Assembly: GCA_002269645.1 (NCBI GenBank) | Contig: NIVC01000953.1 | Location: 1-64,000 of the forward strand | Direction: 5' to 3' | Length of the DNA: 64,000 nt | Origin: Macrostomum lignano | Taxonomy: Eukaryota | In this document: piece after piece, positions 13,474 through 25,200 of the stretch | How positions within the stretch are numbered: the first letter of the stretch is position 1 | Layout: every line of letters starts with the position of its first letter | Translations under genes and position numbers: made by a program | The notes under the pieces: model-generated | Told to the model about the DNA's origin: nothing | Seen by the model: the letters and a program-made list of their open reading frames with translations, nothing else | The model's database searches: none

Positions 13474-13736
13474 TCTCTCTGGAGTCGCTCTACGCAAAAG
13501 TGGCCTGCCTGGAGTCGCACCTGACCCGACTGGAATCGAAACTCGACACAGATTTGGACGCAATCTTGAGGGCGTTGCGTCAGCGAATCACGTCTTCTTC
13601 TTTGGCGGTGAACGGAGACGATGTGCAGGGCGTCAGTTCAGCGACTGCGGTGCCGACCGCCCAGCACCGGCCGCTGCTAGCACAGGCCCGGGTCCGGGAG
13701 GAGGACGAGGAATGGGACGAGGACGACGTGCATTAG
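989..13736 (+). CDS. KCNH2: erg-subfamily (Kv11, ether-a-go-go-related) voltage-gated potassium channel, 12 coding exons, ~1094 aa
   Basis: Exons 989-1064, 1824-2054, 2311-2400 (alternative donor 2442), 3880-4173, 5589-5815, 7347-7541, 7889-8125, 8993-9220, 10315-10892, 11554-11825, 12286-12740, 13335-13736; all GT-AG and phase-consistent (3285 nt). Motifs: N-cap [16 protein letters not shown]; PAS domain; S1-S4 ([20 protein letters not shown]); pore [19 protein letters not shown]; S6 [23 protein letters not shown]; C-linker/CNBHD ([20 protein letters not shown]); C-terminal coiled coil. Orthology is to the KCNH2/6/7 group, not one vertebrate paralogue. Boundaries of low-complexity exons 3-5 and 11-12 are less certain. 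Confidence 0.95.
2600..2947. repeat. 15-bp GC-rich minisatellite (CTGGCGCCCCTGGTG) x~23 in erg intron 3
   Basis: Near-perfect tandem array. Confidence 0.95.
4195..5457. repeat. Polypurine tract: 19-bp GGGAGATGAAGGGAGAGGT-type array, then (GA/GGA)-rich low complexity
   Basis: Visible periodicity; erg intron 4. Confidence 0.9.
5925..6400. repeat. Polypurine minisatellite (~20-21 bp, GAGAGGGGACAGAGGGAAGGA type)
   Basis: Tandem purine-rich units; erg intron 5. Confidence 0.9.
8185..8968. repeat. 35-bp AT-rich minisatellite (TTTCTCATTGAGTGAGATTTCTTAGAAATTGTCCA)
   Basis: Period 35 (gtcca at 8701 and 8736); about 20 copies. Confidence 0.92.
9375..10272. repeat. 16-bp minisatellite (CACCCTCTGTCTGTCT)
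   Basis: Period 16 with 14-bp variants. Confidence 0.93.
10905..11528. repeat. 12-bp minisatellite (CTGACACCCTCA)
   Basis: Period 12; fills erg intron 9. Confidence 0.93.
11922..12212. repeat. Degenerate ~30-35-bp repeat (GGGTCAACTGACCTCCC...CCCAGA)
   Basis: Recurrent gtcaactgacctc core. Confidence 0.75.
12765..13285. repeat. ~29-31-bp minisatellite (AAATCCGC(C)nAAAACCCGCTCTTT)
   Basis: Tandem units with a variable C-run. Confidence 0.92.
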
Positions 13737-15324
13737 AAATTGGGAGATTTTATTATTTGCGTGAAAATACACGTCTAATAGAAGAGCTTGAACAGTTCTA
13801 TTTTCCTCTCACTAGTCACCGCGATTGTTTAACTTAACATTTTCTCACATTTCCGCAAATTATTACGAACACATTTGCTACTTGGCTACTTACAATAGAT
13901 ATAGTAAGTAGCGCAGTTAGAAAATTAATCATTTCCGTTGCTTTTCGTTAACACGATTTTTATCTGTTTAATTAAACGAATTGTTATTTTGTAGCTGTGA
14001 AATTTAGCCACCCCGATCGTGTAGCGTTTTTGCTCATAAATATTTCCTAGAATTTTGTTTTGCTGTGTCCGTTTTTCGCGCGAGTTTAATCAGGTTCGTT
14101 CCAAAGCAATCAATTTTACCAATATTATTATTCGCCAGCTGCTTTTGCTATCAATCAGCTCCTTTATAGTCTGTGATGCTTTTTGCTTTAATTTGATTTT
14201 GTTGTCAAAACTTAATCTAGTCGGTTAATTATTTGTTTTATATTTGTTTAACTACAGTGTTATTCTCTCGTATTCATATTTATCACTTATACTTACTAAT
14301 GACTATTGGTGTTTGTACAACCCGCTCTGTGCAATAGTTATGCAAATTTGTTTTGAAAAATTTTTTTTAATAAAGTTATTGATCAGTCACTTAGCAAAGC
14401 CTTCTTTAGTGAAGGAGAAAACTCCTCTTACTAATTATGTAATCTTTCACTACGCCTGAGATTTTCTTTTAGATGGAATTTTCCAATATTCCTAAATGGA
14501 ATTTTCCAGTATACTCCAAATGGAATGTTCCACAATCTTTAAATGGGAGTTTTCAGTATCCACTCTATGTAATTTTTTAATTGATTTTTATATAGAATTT
14601 TTCACTATCCCTGAAGCGAGTTTTCAATCTCCTCTGTGGGAATTTTTCCATCACACCCCAAAACTGTCAATCTTTAGAATAGCCAAAATTCAAAATTCGT
14701 ATTTTAATCTCAATACATAATCAACTTTTAGTTTTGCAATTTTTACTAATAAAATAGAAGCCCTGATTAAGAAAGCAACACTTATTGACTAACGATACAA
14801 AATAATTTTAATTATGTTATTTTGTTTAATTATTTTTATTCGCTTTTAACAATTCGAACAAAAACCGTGTATTATTATTAGCTGCAGTAATAATTAGCAG
14901 TTAAATTAAAATAGGCACAGAGGTTGCGTGTTCATTGTAGGCATATGTCACCATAATTGATTAATTCAATATACAATACATGCAGTTAATTTATGCATAT
15001 TTATAAATTACTAAAGCCAATAGCCAGAGAAGAAAACCTACAAAAATACCAAAGCACAATACGTGCTGAAATCGATTTTTTGTAGAAAAAATATCAATAT
15101 TTAACATTAAAACAAAAAGGTGCTACTTTGACAAGCAATTTAGTGACCAGATTAAAGTACATAATAATATATTAATAGATTATCATTGGGTTGTTAAAAA
15201 AAATAAATCAACAAAAATTAAAATAAAAATTAACACAGACTCTTTGTACGAAATATGCTGAAACCGATTTAGAGGAAGACTAACAGGTGAATCTGTCAAT
15301 GCTGCAAACTGAATACGGCATGAC

Positions 15325-16120
15325 ACCTAATTGAGGTTGCCTAATTACAGATCCTAATGTAATAAAACCCCAAAATCAGGTCGCCTAATTACAGATCCTA
15401 ATGTAATAAAACCCCAAAATCAGGTCGCCTAATTACAGATCCTAATGTAATAAAAACCCCAGCTGATGCCGCCTAATTACAGATCCTAATTCAATAAACC
15501 CCCTAATTGAGGCTGCCTAATTACAGATCCTAATGTAATAAACCCCCTAATTGAGGCCACCTAATTACAGATCCTAATGTAATAAAACCCCTAATTGAGG
15601 CTGCCTAATTACAGATCTTAATTTAATAAACTCCCTAATTGAGGCTGCCTAATTACAGATCTTAATTTAATAACCCCCCTAATTGAGGCTGCCTAATTAC
15701 AGATTCTAATTGAAATAAACCCCTAATTGATGCTGCCTAATTACAGATCCTAATTTAATAAACCCCCTAATTGAGGTTGCCTAATTACAGATCCTAATGT
15801 AATAAAACCCCTAATTGAGGTTGCCTAATTACAGATCCTAATGTAATAAAACCCCTAATTGAGGTTTCCTAATTACAGATCCTAATGTAATAAAACCCCT
15901 AGCTGAGGCCGCCTAATTACAAATCCTAATTTAATAAACCCCCTAATTGAGGCTGTCTAATTACAGATTCTAATTGAAATAAACCCCTAATTGAGGCTGC
16001 CTAATTACAGATCCTAATTGAAATAAACCCCTAATTGAGGCTGCCTAATTACAGATCCTAATTGAAATAAACCCCTAATTGAGGCTGCCTAATTACAAAT
16101 CCTAATTTAAGGTTGCCTAA
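15325..16120. repeat. ~43-bp minisatellite (CCTAATTACAGATCCTAATGTAATAAAACCCCTAATTGAGGCTG type)
   Basis: Tandem units between the convergent erg and ZDHHC 3' ends. Confidence 0.9.
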
Positions 16121-16267
16121 TTTTTTCTAATTTACTACCAAAAAATAACAGAAAATGTTCCCAATTTCAAGAATACACACCTACAATTTTTTGCATTAGT
16201 TTACAATCACGCGCGATCGTACTACTTAAAATTGTTAATAAAAATAAGTAGTATTTAAGCGTGTTTA

Positions 16268-19200
16268 TTATTGCGTCTCCGATTCTGGCCAGACTTGATC
16301 GGCTCGACCGCTGGTTGAGGTTGGCACCAGTTGCTGCTTTTCAATTGGCGTTCTCGATGGACTGCTGCAAGTTCAATAGGTTGAAATGCGTCATGTGCGC
16401 ATATGTGTCAATCAATAGGTTGACGCACATGCGCTTTGGACACCAAGCCTGCTGTCTAAAGCGCATGTGCGTCAACTTAATGAATTAGAATTGCATTTCG
16501 CATCTAGTAGTAAGTTAGTAGAAACTTCAGCGTTAACACAATAACTTTTGAACGACTTTTTACCGATTCAGTCGTTTGAGTCGTTAAAAAGTCACTAGAG
16601 TTGCCCTAGAACAGCTAGAGTCACTCAGGAGCTTATAGTCAGGATTTCTGATTGGGATGGAGGCAATTGGCTCAGGGCACCAAGCCTGCTGGAGGGGAGG
16701 GCACCAAGCCTGCTGGAGGGGGGGCACCAAGCCTGCTGGAGGGGGGGGCACCAAGCCTGCTGGAGGGGGGGGGCACCAAGCCTGCTGGAGGGGGGGGGCA
16801 CCAAGCCTGCTGGAGGGGGGGGGGGCACCAAGCCTGCTGGAGGGGGGCACCAAGCCTGCTGGAGGGGGGCACCAAGCCTGCTGGAGGGGGGGCACCAAGC
16901 TTGCTGGAGGGGGGGGCACCAAGCCTGCTGGAGGGGGGCACCAAGCCTGCTGGAGGGGGGGCACCAAGCCTGCTGGAGGGGGGGCACCAAGCCTGCTGGA
17001 GGGGGGGGCACCAAGCCTGCTGGAGGGGGGCACCAAGCCTGCTGGAGGGGGGGGGGCACCAAGCCTGCTGGAGGGGGGGGGCACCAAGCCTGCTGGAGGG
17101 GGGGGGGCACCAAGCCTGCTGGAGGGGGGGCACCAAGCCTGCTGGAGGGGGGGGCACCAAGCCTGCTGGAGGGGGGCACCAAGCCTGCTGGAGGGGGGGC
17201 ACCAAGCCTGCTGGAGGGGGGGGCACCAAGCCTGCTGGAGGGGGGGGGGGGCACCAAGCCTGCTGGAGGGGGGGCACCAAGCCTGCTGGAGGGGGGGGCA
17301 CCAAGCCTGCTGGAGGGGGGGGCACCAAGCCTGCTGGAAGGGGGGCACCAAGCCTGCTGGAGGGGGGGGGCACCAAGCCTGCTGGAGGGGGGCACCAAGC
17401 CTGCTGGAGGGGGGGGGCACCAAGCCTGCTGGAGGGGGGGGCACCAAGCCTGCTGGAGGGGGGGCACCAAGCCTGCTGGAGGGGGGGAGCACCAAGCCTG
17501 CTGGAGGGGGGGCACCAAGCCTGCTGGAAGGGGGGCACCAAGCCTGCTGGAAGGGGGGGCACCAAGCCTGCTGGAAGGGGGGGCACCAAGCCTGCTGGAA
17601 GGGGGCACCAAGCCTGCTGGAAGGGGGGCACCAAGCCTGCTGGAAGGGGGGCACCAAGCCTGCTGGAGGGGGGGCACCAAGCCTGCTGGAAGGGGGGCAC
17701 CAAGCCTGCTGGAGGGGGGGGCACCAAGCCTGCTGGAAGGGGGGCACCAAGCCTGCTGGAAGGGGGGCACCAAGCCTGCTGGAAGGGGGGCACCAAGCCT
17801 GCTGAAGGGGGGCACCAAGCCTGCTGGAAGGGGGGCACCAAGCCTGCTGAAGGGGGGGGGGGGGCACCAAGCCTGCTGAAGGGGGGGGCACGAAGCCTGC
17901 TGGGAGGGGCACTAAGCCTGCTGAAGGGGGGGGGCACCAAGCCTCCTGAAGGGGGCACCAAGCCTGCTGGAAGGGGGCACCAAGCCTGCTGGAGGGGGGG
18001 GCACCAAGCCTGCTGGAAGGGGGGCACCAAGCCTGCTGGAGGGGGGGGGCACCAAGCCTGCTGGAGGGGGGGGGGGCACCAAGCCTGCTGGAAGGGGGGC
18101 ACCAAGCCTGCTGGAAGGGGGGCACCAAGCCTGCTGAAGGGGGGCAACAAGCCTGCTGGAAGGGGGGCACCAAGCCTGCTGAAGGGGGGGGGGCACCAAG
18201 CCTGCTGAAGGGGGGGGGCACGAAGCCTGCTGGGAGGGGCACTAAGCCTGCTGAAGGGGGGGGGCACCAAGCCTCCTGAAGGGGGGCACCAAGCCTCCTG
18301 AAGGGGGGGGGGGCACGAAGCCTGCTGGAAGGGAGGGGCACCAAGCCTGCTGAAGGGGGGGGCACGAAGCCTGCTGGGAGGGGCACTAAGCCTGCTGAAG
18401 GGGGGCACCAAGCTTCCTGAAGGGGGGGGGCACCAAGCCTCCTGAAGGGGGGGGGGCACCAAGCCTCCTGAAGGGGGCGGGGCACCAAGCCTCCTGAAGG
18501 GGGGGGGGCACGAAGCCTTGTAAGTAGTATCACTCACTTGGCATGGCCGGATTCCATGCTCGCATAGCTCTGCTGTCCCGGACTGTAGCTGGCTCTGTGC
18601 TGCCAATTGATGCCGTCCGTTTGCCTGCGAGATAAATGATTTTTAATGCAATAATTACCTATTCGGTGATTAAAAATTTATTCTTTTCTGCTTTTAACCA
18701 AAGCTAATCTAAGATGCGCTTAAAAATCTTTTAAAAAATGCGCCTAAAATATATGCTTCTCTCCTTCACAACGCCTAAATTTCACAACACCTAAAATATA
18801 TGCTTCTCTCCTTCACAACGCCTAAATTTCACAACACCTAAAATATATGCTTCTCTCCTTCACAACGCCTAAATTTCACAACACCTAAAATATATGCTTC
18901 TCTCCTTCACAACGCCTAAATTTCACAACACCTAAAATATATGCTTCTCTCCTTCACAACGCCTAAATTTCACAACACCTAAAATATATGCTTCTCTCCT
19001 TCACAACGCCTAAATTTCACAACACCTAAAATATATGCTTCTCTCCTTCACAACGCCTAAATTTCACAACACCTAAAATATATGCTTCTCTCCTTCACAA
19101 CGCCTAAATTTCACAACACCTAAAATATATGCTTCTCTCCTTCACAACGCCTAAATTTCACAACACCTAAAATATATGCTTCTCTCCTTCACAACGCCTA

Positions 19201-22200
19201 AATTTCACAACACCTAAAATATATGCTTCTCTCCTTCACAACGCCTAAATTTCACAACACCTAAAATATATGCTTCTCTCCTTCACAACGCCTAAATTTC
19301 ACAACACCTAAAATATATGCTTCTCTCCTTCACAACGCCTAAATTTCACAACACCTAAAATATATGCTTCTCTCCTTCACAACGCCTAAATTTCACAACA
19401 CCTAAAATATATGCTTCTCTCCTTCACAACGCCTAAATTTCACAACACCTAAAATATATGCTTCTCTCCTTCACAACGCCTAAATTTCACAACACCTAAA
19501 ATATATGCTTCTCTCCTTCACAACGCCTAAATTTCACAACACCTAAAATATATGCTTCTCTCCTTCACAACGCCTAAATTTCACAACACCTAAAATATAT
19601 GCTTCTCTCCTTCACAACGCCTAAATTTCACAACACCTAAAATATATGCTTCTCTCCTTCACAACGCCTAAATTTCACAACACCTAAAATATATGCTTCT
19701 CTCCTTCACAACGCCTAAATTTCACAACACCTAAAATATATGCTTCTCTCCTTCACAACGCCTAAATTTCACAACACCTAAAATATATGCTTCTCTCCTT
19801 CACAACGCCTAAATTTCACAACACCTAAAATATATGCTTCTCTCCTTCACAACGCCTAAATTTCACAACACCTAAAATATATGCTTCTCTCCTTCACAAC
19901 GCCTAAATTTCACAACACCTAAAATATATGCTTCTCTCCTTCACAACGCCTAAATTTCACAACACCTAAAATATATGCTTCTCTCCTTCACAACGCCTAA
20001 ATTTCACAACACCTAAAATATATGCTTCTCTCCTTCACAACGCCTAAATTTCACAACACCTAAAATATATGCTTCTCTCCTTCACAACGCCTAAATTTCA
20101 CAACACCTAAAATATATGCTTCTCTCCTTCACAACGCCTAAATTTCACAACACCTAAAATATATGCTTCTCTCCTTCACAACGCCTAAATTTCACAACAC
20201 CTAAAATATATGCTTCTCTCCTTCACAACGCCTAAATTTCACAACACCTAAAATATATGCTTCTCTCCTTCACAACGCCTAAATTTCACAACACCTAAAA
20301 TATATGCTTCTCTCCTTCACAACGCCTAAATTTCACAACACCTAAAATATATGCTTCTCTCCTTCACAACGCCTAAATTTCACAACACCTAAAATATATG
20401 CTTCTCTCCTTCACAACGCCTAAATTTCACAACACCTAAAATATATGCTTCTCTCCTTCACAACGCCTAAATTTCACAACACCTAAAATATATGCTTCTC
20501 TCCTTCACAACGCCTAAATTTCACAACACCTAAAATATATGCTTCTCTCCTTCACAACGCCTAAATTTCACAACACCTAAAATATATGCTTCTCTCCTTC
20601 ACAACGCCTAAATTTCACAACACCTAAAATATATGCTTCTCTCCTTCACAACGCCTAAATTTCACAACACCTAAAATATATGCTTCTCTCCTTCACAACG
20701 CCTAAATTTCACAACACCTAAAATATATGCTTCTCTCCTTCACAACGCCTAAATTTCACAACACCTAAAATATATGCTTCTCTCCTTCACAACGCCTAAA
20801 TTTCACAACACCTAAAATATATGCTTCTCTCCTTCACAACGCCTAAATTTCACAACACCTAAAATATATGCTTCTCTCCTTCACAACGCCTAAATTTCAC
20901 AACACCTAAAATATATGCTTCTCTCCTTCACAACGCCTAAATTTCACAACACCTAAAATATATGCTTCTCTCCTTCACAACGCCTAAATTTCACAACACC
21001 TAAAATATATGCTTCTCTCCTTCACAACGCCTAAATTTCACAACACCTAAAATATATGCTTCTCTCCTTCACAACGCCTAAATTTCACAACACCTAAAAT
21101 ATATGCTTCTCTCCTTCACAACGCCTAAATTTCACAACACCTAAAATATATGCTTCTCTCCTTCACAACGCCTAAATTTCACAACACCTAAAATATATGC
21201 TTCTCTCCTTCACAACGCCTAAATTTCACAACACCTAAAATATATGCTTCTCTCCTTCACAACGCCTAAATTTCACAACACCTAAAATATATGCTTCTCT
21301 CCTTCACAACGCCTAAATTTCACAACACCTAAAATATATGCTTCTCTCCTTCACAACGCCTAAATTTCACAACACCTAAAATATATGCTTCTCTCCTTCA
21401 CAACGCCTAAATTTCACAACACCTAAAATATATGCTTCTCTCCTTCACAACGCCTAAATTTCACAACACCTAAAATATATGCTTCTCTCCTTCACAACGC
21501 CTAAATTTCACAACACCTAAAATATATGCTTCTCTCCTTCACAACGCCTAAATTTCACAACACCTAAAATATATGCTTCTCTCCTTCACAACGCCTAAAT
21601 TTCACAACACCTAAAATATATGCTTCTCTCCTTCACAACGCCTAAATTTCACAACACCTAAAATATATGCTTCTCTCCTTCACAACGCCTAAATTTCACA
21701 ACACCTAAAATATATGCTTCTCTCCTTCACAACGCCTAAATTTCACAACACCTAAAATATATGCTTCTCTCCTTCACAACGCCTAAATTTCACAACACCT
21801 AAAATATATGCTTCTCTCCTTCACAACGCCTAAATTTCACAACACCTAAAATATATGCTTCTCTCCTTCACAACGCCTAAATTTCACAACACCTAAAATA
21901 TATGCTTCTCTCCTTCACAACGCCTAAATTTCACAACACCTAAAATATATGCTTCTCTCCTTCACAACGCCTAAATTTCACAACACCTAAAATATATGCT
22001 TCTCTCCTTCACAACGCCTAAATTTCACAACACCTAAAATATATGCTTCTCTCCTTCACAACGCCTAAATTTCACAACACCTAAAATATATGCTTCTCTC
22101 CTTCACAACGCCTAAATTTCACAACACCTAAAATATATGCTTCTCTCCTTCACAACGCCTAAATTTCACAACACCTAAAATATATGCTTCTCTCCTTCAC

Positions 22201-25200
22201 AACGCCTAAATTTCACAACACCTAAAATATATGCTTCTCTCCTTCACAACGCCTAAATTTCACAACACCTAAAATATATGCTTCTCTCCTTCACAACGCC
22301 TAAATTTCACAACACCTAAAATATATGCTTCTCTCCTTCACAACGCCTAAATTTCACAACACCTAAAATATATGCTTCTCTCCTTCACAACGCCTAAATT
22401 TCACAACACCTAAAATATATGCTTCTTTCCTTCACAACGCCTAAATTTCACAACACCTAAAATATATGCTTCTTTCCTTCACAACGCCTAAATTTCACAA
22501 CACCTAAAATATATGCTTCTCTCCTTCACAACGCCTAAATTTCACAACACCTAAAATATATGCTTCTTTCCTTCACAACGCCTAAATTTCACAACACCTA
22601 AAATATATGCTTCTTTCCTTCACAACGCCTAAATTTCACAACACCTAAAATATATGCTTCTTTCCTTCACAACGCCTAAATTTCACAACACCTAAAACTG
22701 AATGTGAAGGAGAGAAGCAAAGATTTCAGGCGTTGTGAAATTTAGGTCTTATGAAGCGCCCCCCACATTTATTCCCATTTTGATCCCACATTTATTACCA
22801 TTTGATCCCACATTTATTCCCATTTTGATCCCACATTTATTCCCATTTTGATCCCACATTTATTCCCATTTGATCCCACATTTATTCCCATTTTGATCCC
22901 ACATTTATTCCCATTTTGATCCCACATTTATCCCATTTTGATCCCACATTTATTCCCATTTGATCCCACATTTATTCCCATTTTGATCCCACATTTATTC
23001 CCATTTTGATCCCACATTTATTCCCATTTGATCCCACATTTATTCCCATTTTGATCCCACATTTATTCCCATTTGATCCCACATTTATTCCCATTTTGAT
23101 CCCACATTTATTCCCATTTGATCCCACATTTATTCCCATTTTGATCCCACATTTATTCCCATTTGATCCCACATTTATTCTTATTTTATCCCACATTTTC
23201 CCTTTTTGATTACACAAATCGCCCTATTTCAAATCATACAAATCTCCCTATTAAAAACAAACAAATCTCCCCATTTCGAATCACAAAAATCTCCCTATTA
23301 AAAACACACAAATATCCCCATTTCAAACACACAAATCCCCCTATTTTGGACCCACAAATCTCCCCACTTCAAACACACAAATATCCCCATTTCAAACACA
23401 CAAATCCCCCTATTTTGGACCCACAAATCTCCCCACTTCAAACACACAAATATCCCCATTTCAAACACACAAATCCCCCTATTTTGGACCCACAAATCTC
23501 CCCACTTCAAACACACAAATATCCCCATTTCAAACACACAAATCCCCCTATTTTGGACCCACAAATCTCCCCACTTCAAACACACAAATATCCCCATTTT
23601 AAATCCCAAAACTTTCCCTAATTTCAATTTCAAACCCCACAAATCTCCCCATTTTTGGACCCACAAATTTGCCCATTTTTGGACCCACAAATTTCCCCAT
23701 TTTTGGACCCACAAATCTCCCCATCTTTGGATCCACAAATCTCCCCATTTCAAATCCCACTAAGCTTCCAAAAACCCTTCCTCAGCAACCAACCAAACAT
23801 GTAGCAACAACTCACCAGTTCCTCACGGGCAGGAACCACAGGTAGCAGGTGTTACCAAACACCTGGCAGAAATTTCTGGCAGCACCAACATTGTAAGCCC
23901 GTTTGTCAGGGCCACCGGTGCCCGCCAGCACCGGTGCTCTGAAGCTCTCCAAGGTGGTGAGGTTGCTCATGGCCAAGTGCAGGTGATAGCCGCCCAAGGC
24001 TAGCAGGGATATGCAGAACATCCAGGCAGCAAAGAATAGAAACAGGACGTGAAAACGGAAGGCTTGGATATCTGATACGCCCTCCTGAAGTGGTTGGTGA
24101 GATTGATTATTAAACATACCCAATAAAATTCAAAAACTCAATGAAGCAATAATAGAAAATATTACCATCCAAAAGTCCACAAAGTACTTTGCAGACCCGC
24201 TGCCAGTGTAGCAGCAATACAGGGCGCCATAGAGCAAAAACAGTACAAAATATTTGTAATTGTGATATCCGACACAGTTGTTAACCCACGGGCAATGGTG
24301 ATCCATTTTAAGCAGACATCTGAATTAGTAAAAATTGATTTGAGTGACTTGAATTTGAATTTTGAACGAGCTGGGTTTAAGGACACCGTAATGGGTGTCA
24401 GATGAGGGTGCCTAAAAGGGGTGTCAGGTGAGGGAAGCCACGATGAGGGTGTCAGATGAGGGTGCCTAAATGGGGTAAGATGAGGGTGCCTAAATAGGTG
24501 TCAGACGAGGGAAGCCACAATGGGGTGTCAGGTGAGGGAAGCCACAATGGGGTGTCAGATGAGGGTGCCTAAATGGGGTCAGATGAGGGTGCCTAAATAG
24601 GTGTCAGACGAGGGAAGCCACAATGGGGTGTCAGGTGAGGGAAGCCACAATGGGGTGTCAGGTGAGGGAAGCCACGATGAAGGTGTCAGATGAGGTTGCT
24701 TAAATGAGGTGTCAGGTGAGGGGAGCCACAATGGTGTGTCAGGTGAGGGGAGCCAAAATTGGGTGTCAGGTGAGGGGAGGCGGGGGAGCCACAATGGGTG
24801 TCAGGTGAGGGGAGGCGGGGGAGCCACAATGGGTGTCAGGTGAGGGGAGGCGGGGGAGCCACAATGGGTGTCAGGTGAGGGGAGGCGGGGGAGCCACAAT
24901 GGGTGTCAGGTGAGGGGAGCCACAATGGGGTGTCAGGTGAGGGGAGCCAGAATGGGGTGTCAGGCGAGGGGAGCCAAAATTGGGTGTCAGGTGAGGGAGC
25001 CAAAACGGGATGTCAGTCAAGGGAGGGGCACTAAAATGGGGTGCCATTCAAGGGAGGTGCACTAAAATGGGGTGTCAGTCAAGGGAGGTGCACTAAAATG
25101 GGGTGTCAGTCAAGGGAGGTGCACTAAAATGGGGTGTCAGTCAAGGGAGGTGCACTAAATGGGGTGTCAGTCAGGTTAAGGATGCCATAGTTAATAGTGT

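Noticed and set aside
16584-18606. Very long ORFs (up to 649 aa) on both strands
   Set aside because: Translations of the G-run minisatellite; the region is a ZDHHC intron with phase-consistent flanking exons.
18743-22697. CRISPR-like regular arrays (also 8185-8968 and 39135-40162)
   Set aside because: No unique spacers, no cas genes, eukaryotic intronic context.
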